Below, in pieces: positions 62,200-64,000 of a stretch of DNA of 64,000 nucleotides. The stretch is from Antedon mediterranea (Eukaryota > Animalia > Echinodermata). The position numbers and the translations under genes were made by a program. The stretch is taken from contig NC_092674.1 of the NCBI RefSeq assembly GCF_964355755.1, positions 5,828,001 to 5,892,000 on the forward strand. The letters are read 5' to 3'. The notes under the pieces are model-generated. The model was given only the letters and a program-made list of their open reading frames with translations, had not been told where the DNA came from and did not search any database. Every line of letters starts with the position of its first letter. Position 1 is the stretch's first letter.

Positions 62200-62829
62200 A
62201 ACATACAGGAAATAAACAGGCAACATCTCTCTCGCCGACAAAATTGATGTCAATTTTTTTCTACACACATGAAATAAATAAAAGGGGGCGGGGCATGTTT
62301 ATAAATGTTTTATTTTATTCTAGGCTAGGCCAATACCATTATATTAAATGTAACAAATATGAAAACAAATAATTGAAAAATTATTGAAATACATTTATTT
62401 AAATTATATTCATAGTGTAACATATTATAAAGCCAAATAAAAGTATTTTTGATTGTAATACTATTTACAAGTATTTAATAAAATAAATAATTAATCCAAC
62501 TTAATATGAAGGCTGCCATTTTGAATGTTCAATTATATCACAGGTGAACCTAAACCAAAATATTAACTACCTAATATATAATTACAATATAGGTCATTTA
62601 AATACAAACAAAATATAAATAAATAAAATTGTGAAATGCTTTTAAAATAAATCAAATGTAAAAATATTGATATATATATTTTAGATAATTATTAATAAAT
62701 TCAATTACCTAATATAAAAATGAACTATTCGATATTTTTTAACTGGAGCGATGCAAGCGATGGTATCGCGAGAAAATTAGAAAATTGAATAGCCTAGGCC
62801 TACAATTATAAGTAAGATATAGTGTAAAA
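62200..62829. promoter_or_regulatory. Probable bidirectional promoter of MFSD6-like and EMC7
   Basis: Divergent ATGs 1.1 kb apart; GC box GGGGGCGGGGC at ~62283; TATCGCGAGA (CGCG/BANP-type element) at 62764-62773; GCCATTTT (YY1-like) at ~62515. Confidence 0.5.
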
Positions 62830-63844
62830 ATGAAGGAAATCAAGATAATAGTTTTAGTTATTTGTTTAGGAGTATTTCAGGTAAAATGTGAAGATACTGA
62901 TGAAGATAATAATAGTAACACATACTATACAATAGAGGGTAAAGTAATTATATCTGGAGCTAAATTGTTGGAGTGGCTACCCGAAACAAGAATTCTAGTG
63001 GACGGAGGCGCTTACGTAGGCTTTATGAGGTAACTGCATCCTTCTAGTCTGAGGCCTAGGCCTGGAGCAACATTCATGCTTAGCTATACCTGGCTGTGTT
63101 GCTACTGTGTTACTATGATCATGATTTTAATAATAACTAGGCCTATGCCTTCAAACTATTTACAGTATTTGTATTATTGTTATTTTAATATTTGTATTGT
63201 TGATATGGAATGTATGTTTTCGAAATAAATTGAATTATTATTTAACAAAATGTTTAATTTTTTTTTATTATTAGGGCTGACGGAAGTTTTACAGTGGGTG
63301 GTGTCCCATCCGGATCTTATGTCGTTGAAGTTAGTAATCCAAAGTTCTTATTTGAACCAGCCCGTGTTGAAATCAACGGTAAAGGAAAAATGCGAGCTCG
63401 AAAAGTAAATCTTATTCAACCAAATAAAATAAATTTATTGTCATATCCTCTACGAATGAAATCTAAAACACCTAAAGAATATTTCCAAAAACGAGAAGAG
63501 TTCAGAGTTACAGATGCCTTAAAAAATCCAATGGTAAGTGAGAATTGTATGTAACGTGTAATACAGTAGTAAGTCACATTTAATACCCCAACAAGATATT
63601 AATCAAAGAAGATCTGGTATATAGACTATTTTGACCCATATAACTATTTAGGACAAAGAAATTCAATGGTTTCAACTTATAATTTATATTATTAAATGTT
63701 AAATAAATCTTAGTTTGTTCTATCATAAAGTTAATATTTGTTACTTTTTTCTCTCATACACAGGTACTGATGATGGTGGTGCCCTTAATATGTATTGTTG
63801 TTTTACCAAAACTAATTAATTCTCAAGATCCTGAAGTTCAAAGG
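62830..63844 (+). CDS. EMC7: ER membrane protein complex subunit 7 (3'-partial)
   Basis: Exons 62830-63029 (signal peptide..IEGKV..TRILVDGGAYVGFM), 63275-63533 (DGSFTVGGVPSGSYVVEV..FEPARVEINGKGKMRARKVN..YFQKREEFRVTDALKNPM) and 63764-63844 (VLMMVVPL..LPKLINSQDPE). Confidence 0.95.
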
Positions 63845-63929
63845 GTAAGATATTCAAATGAGGTGTATTATCTAAATCATATGTACCATACCAGCAAAGA
63901 TAAACGATGCATGCCTTTTAATCAGTTAT

Positions 63930-64000
63930 TATGGCCGAGCGGTTAAGTCATATGGCCGAGCGGTTAAGGCAGGGGCGCCGTTTACCGTACCTAAAGAGCC
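63930..64000 (+). mobile_element. Start of a tRNA-derived SINE-like head with a duplicated A box
   Basis: TATGGCCGAGCGGTTAAG occurs twice; cut off by the window end. Confidence 0.45.

Overview
AT-rich, intron-rich animal genomic DNA, probably an invertebrate deuterostome such as an echinoderm (inferred from the genes and SINE types, not established). Four conserved genes are present. (1) Cytoplasmic dynein-2 heavy chain DYNC2H1 on the minus strand, about 50 exons from ATG 37222 down to 2633, continuing off the left edge. (2) A DCUN1D4/5-type DCN1-like gene on the plus strand (46485-49960), head-to-head with DYNC2H1. (3) An MFSD6-like transporter on the minus strand (58689-61727). (4) EMC7 on the plus strand (62830 onward), head-to-head with MFSD6. 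A 7.3-kb DYNC2H1 intron (18181-25499) holds an antisense tandem cluster of intronless chemoreceptor-like class A GPCRs, two intact and one pseudogene, each preceded by a related minisatellite. Between the convergent 3' ends of the DCN1-like and MFSD6 genes is an unexplained ~3.8-kb block of two orphan genes with compact TATA/GC-rich promoters. One encodes a Cys-rich protein ending in an eh1-like motif; the other is a spliced, frameshifted low-complexity gene. Mobile DNA is abundant: three CAGGG-ended TIR elements with 5-bp TSDs (one with a hAT dimerisation remnant), Harbinger-like MITEs, Helitron/Helentron-type ends, Deu/Nin-type and other tRNA-derived SINEs, a LINE 3' fragment, and two 22-25 bp palindromes each flanked by a 7-bp TSD. 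All calls were read by eye; no database searches were run.
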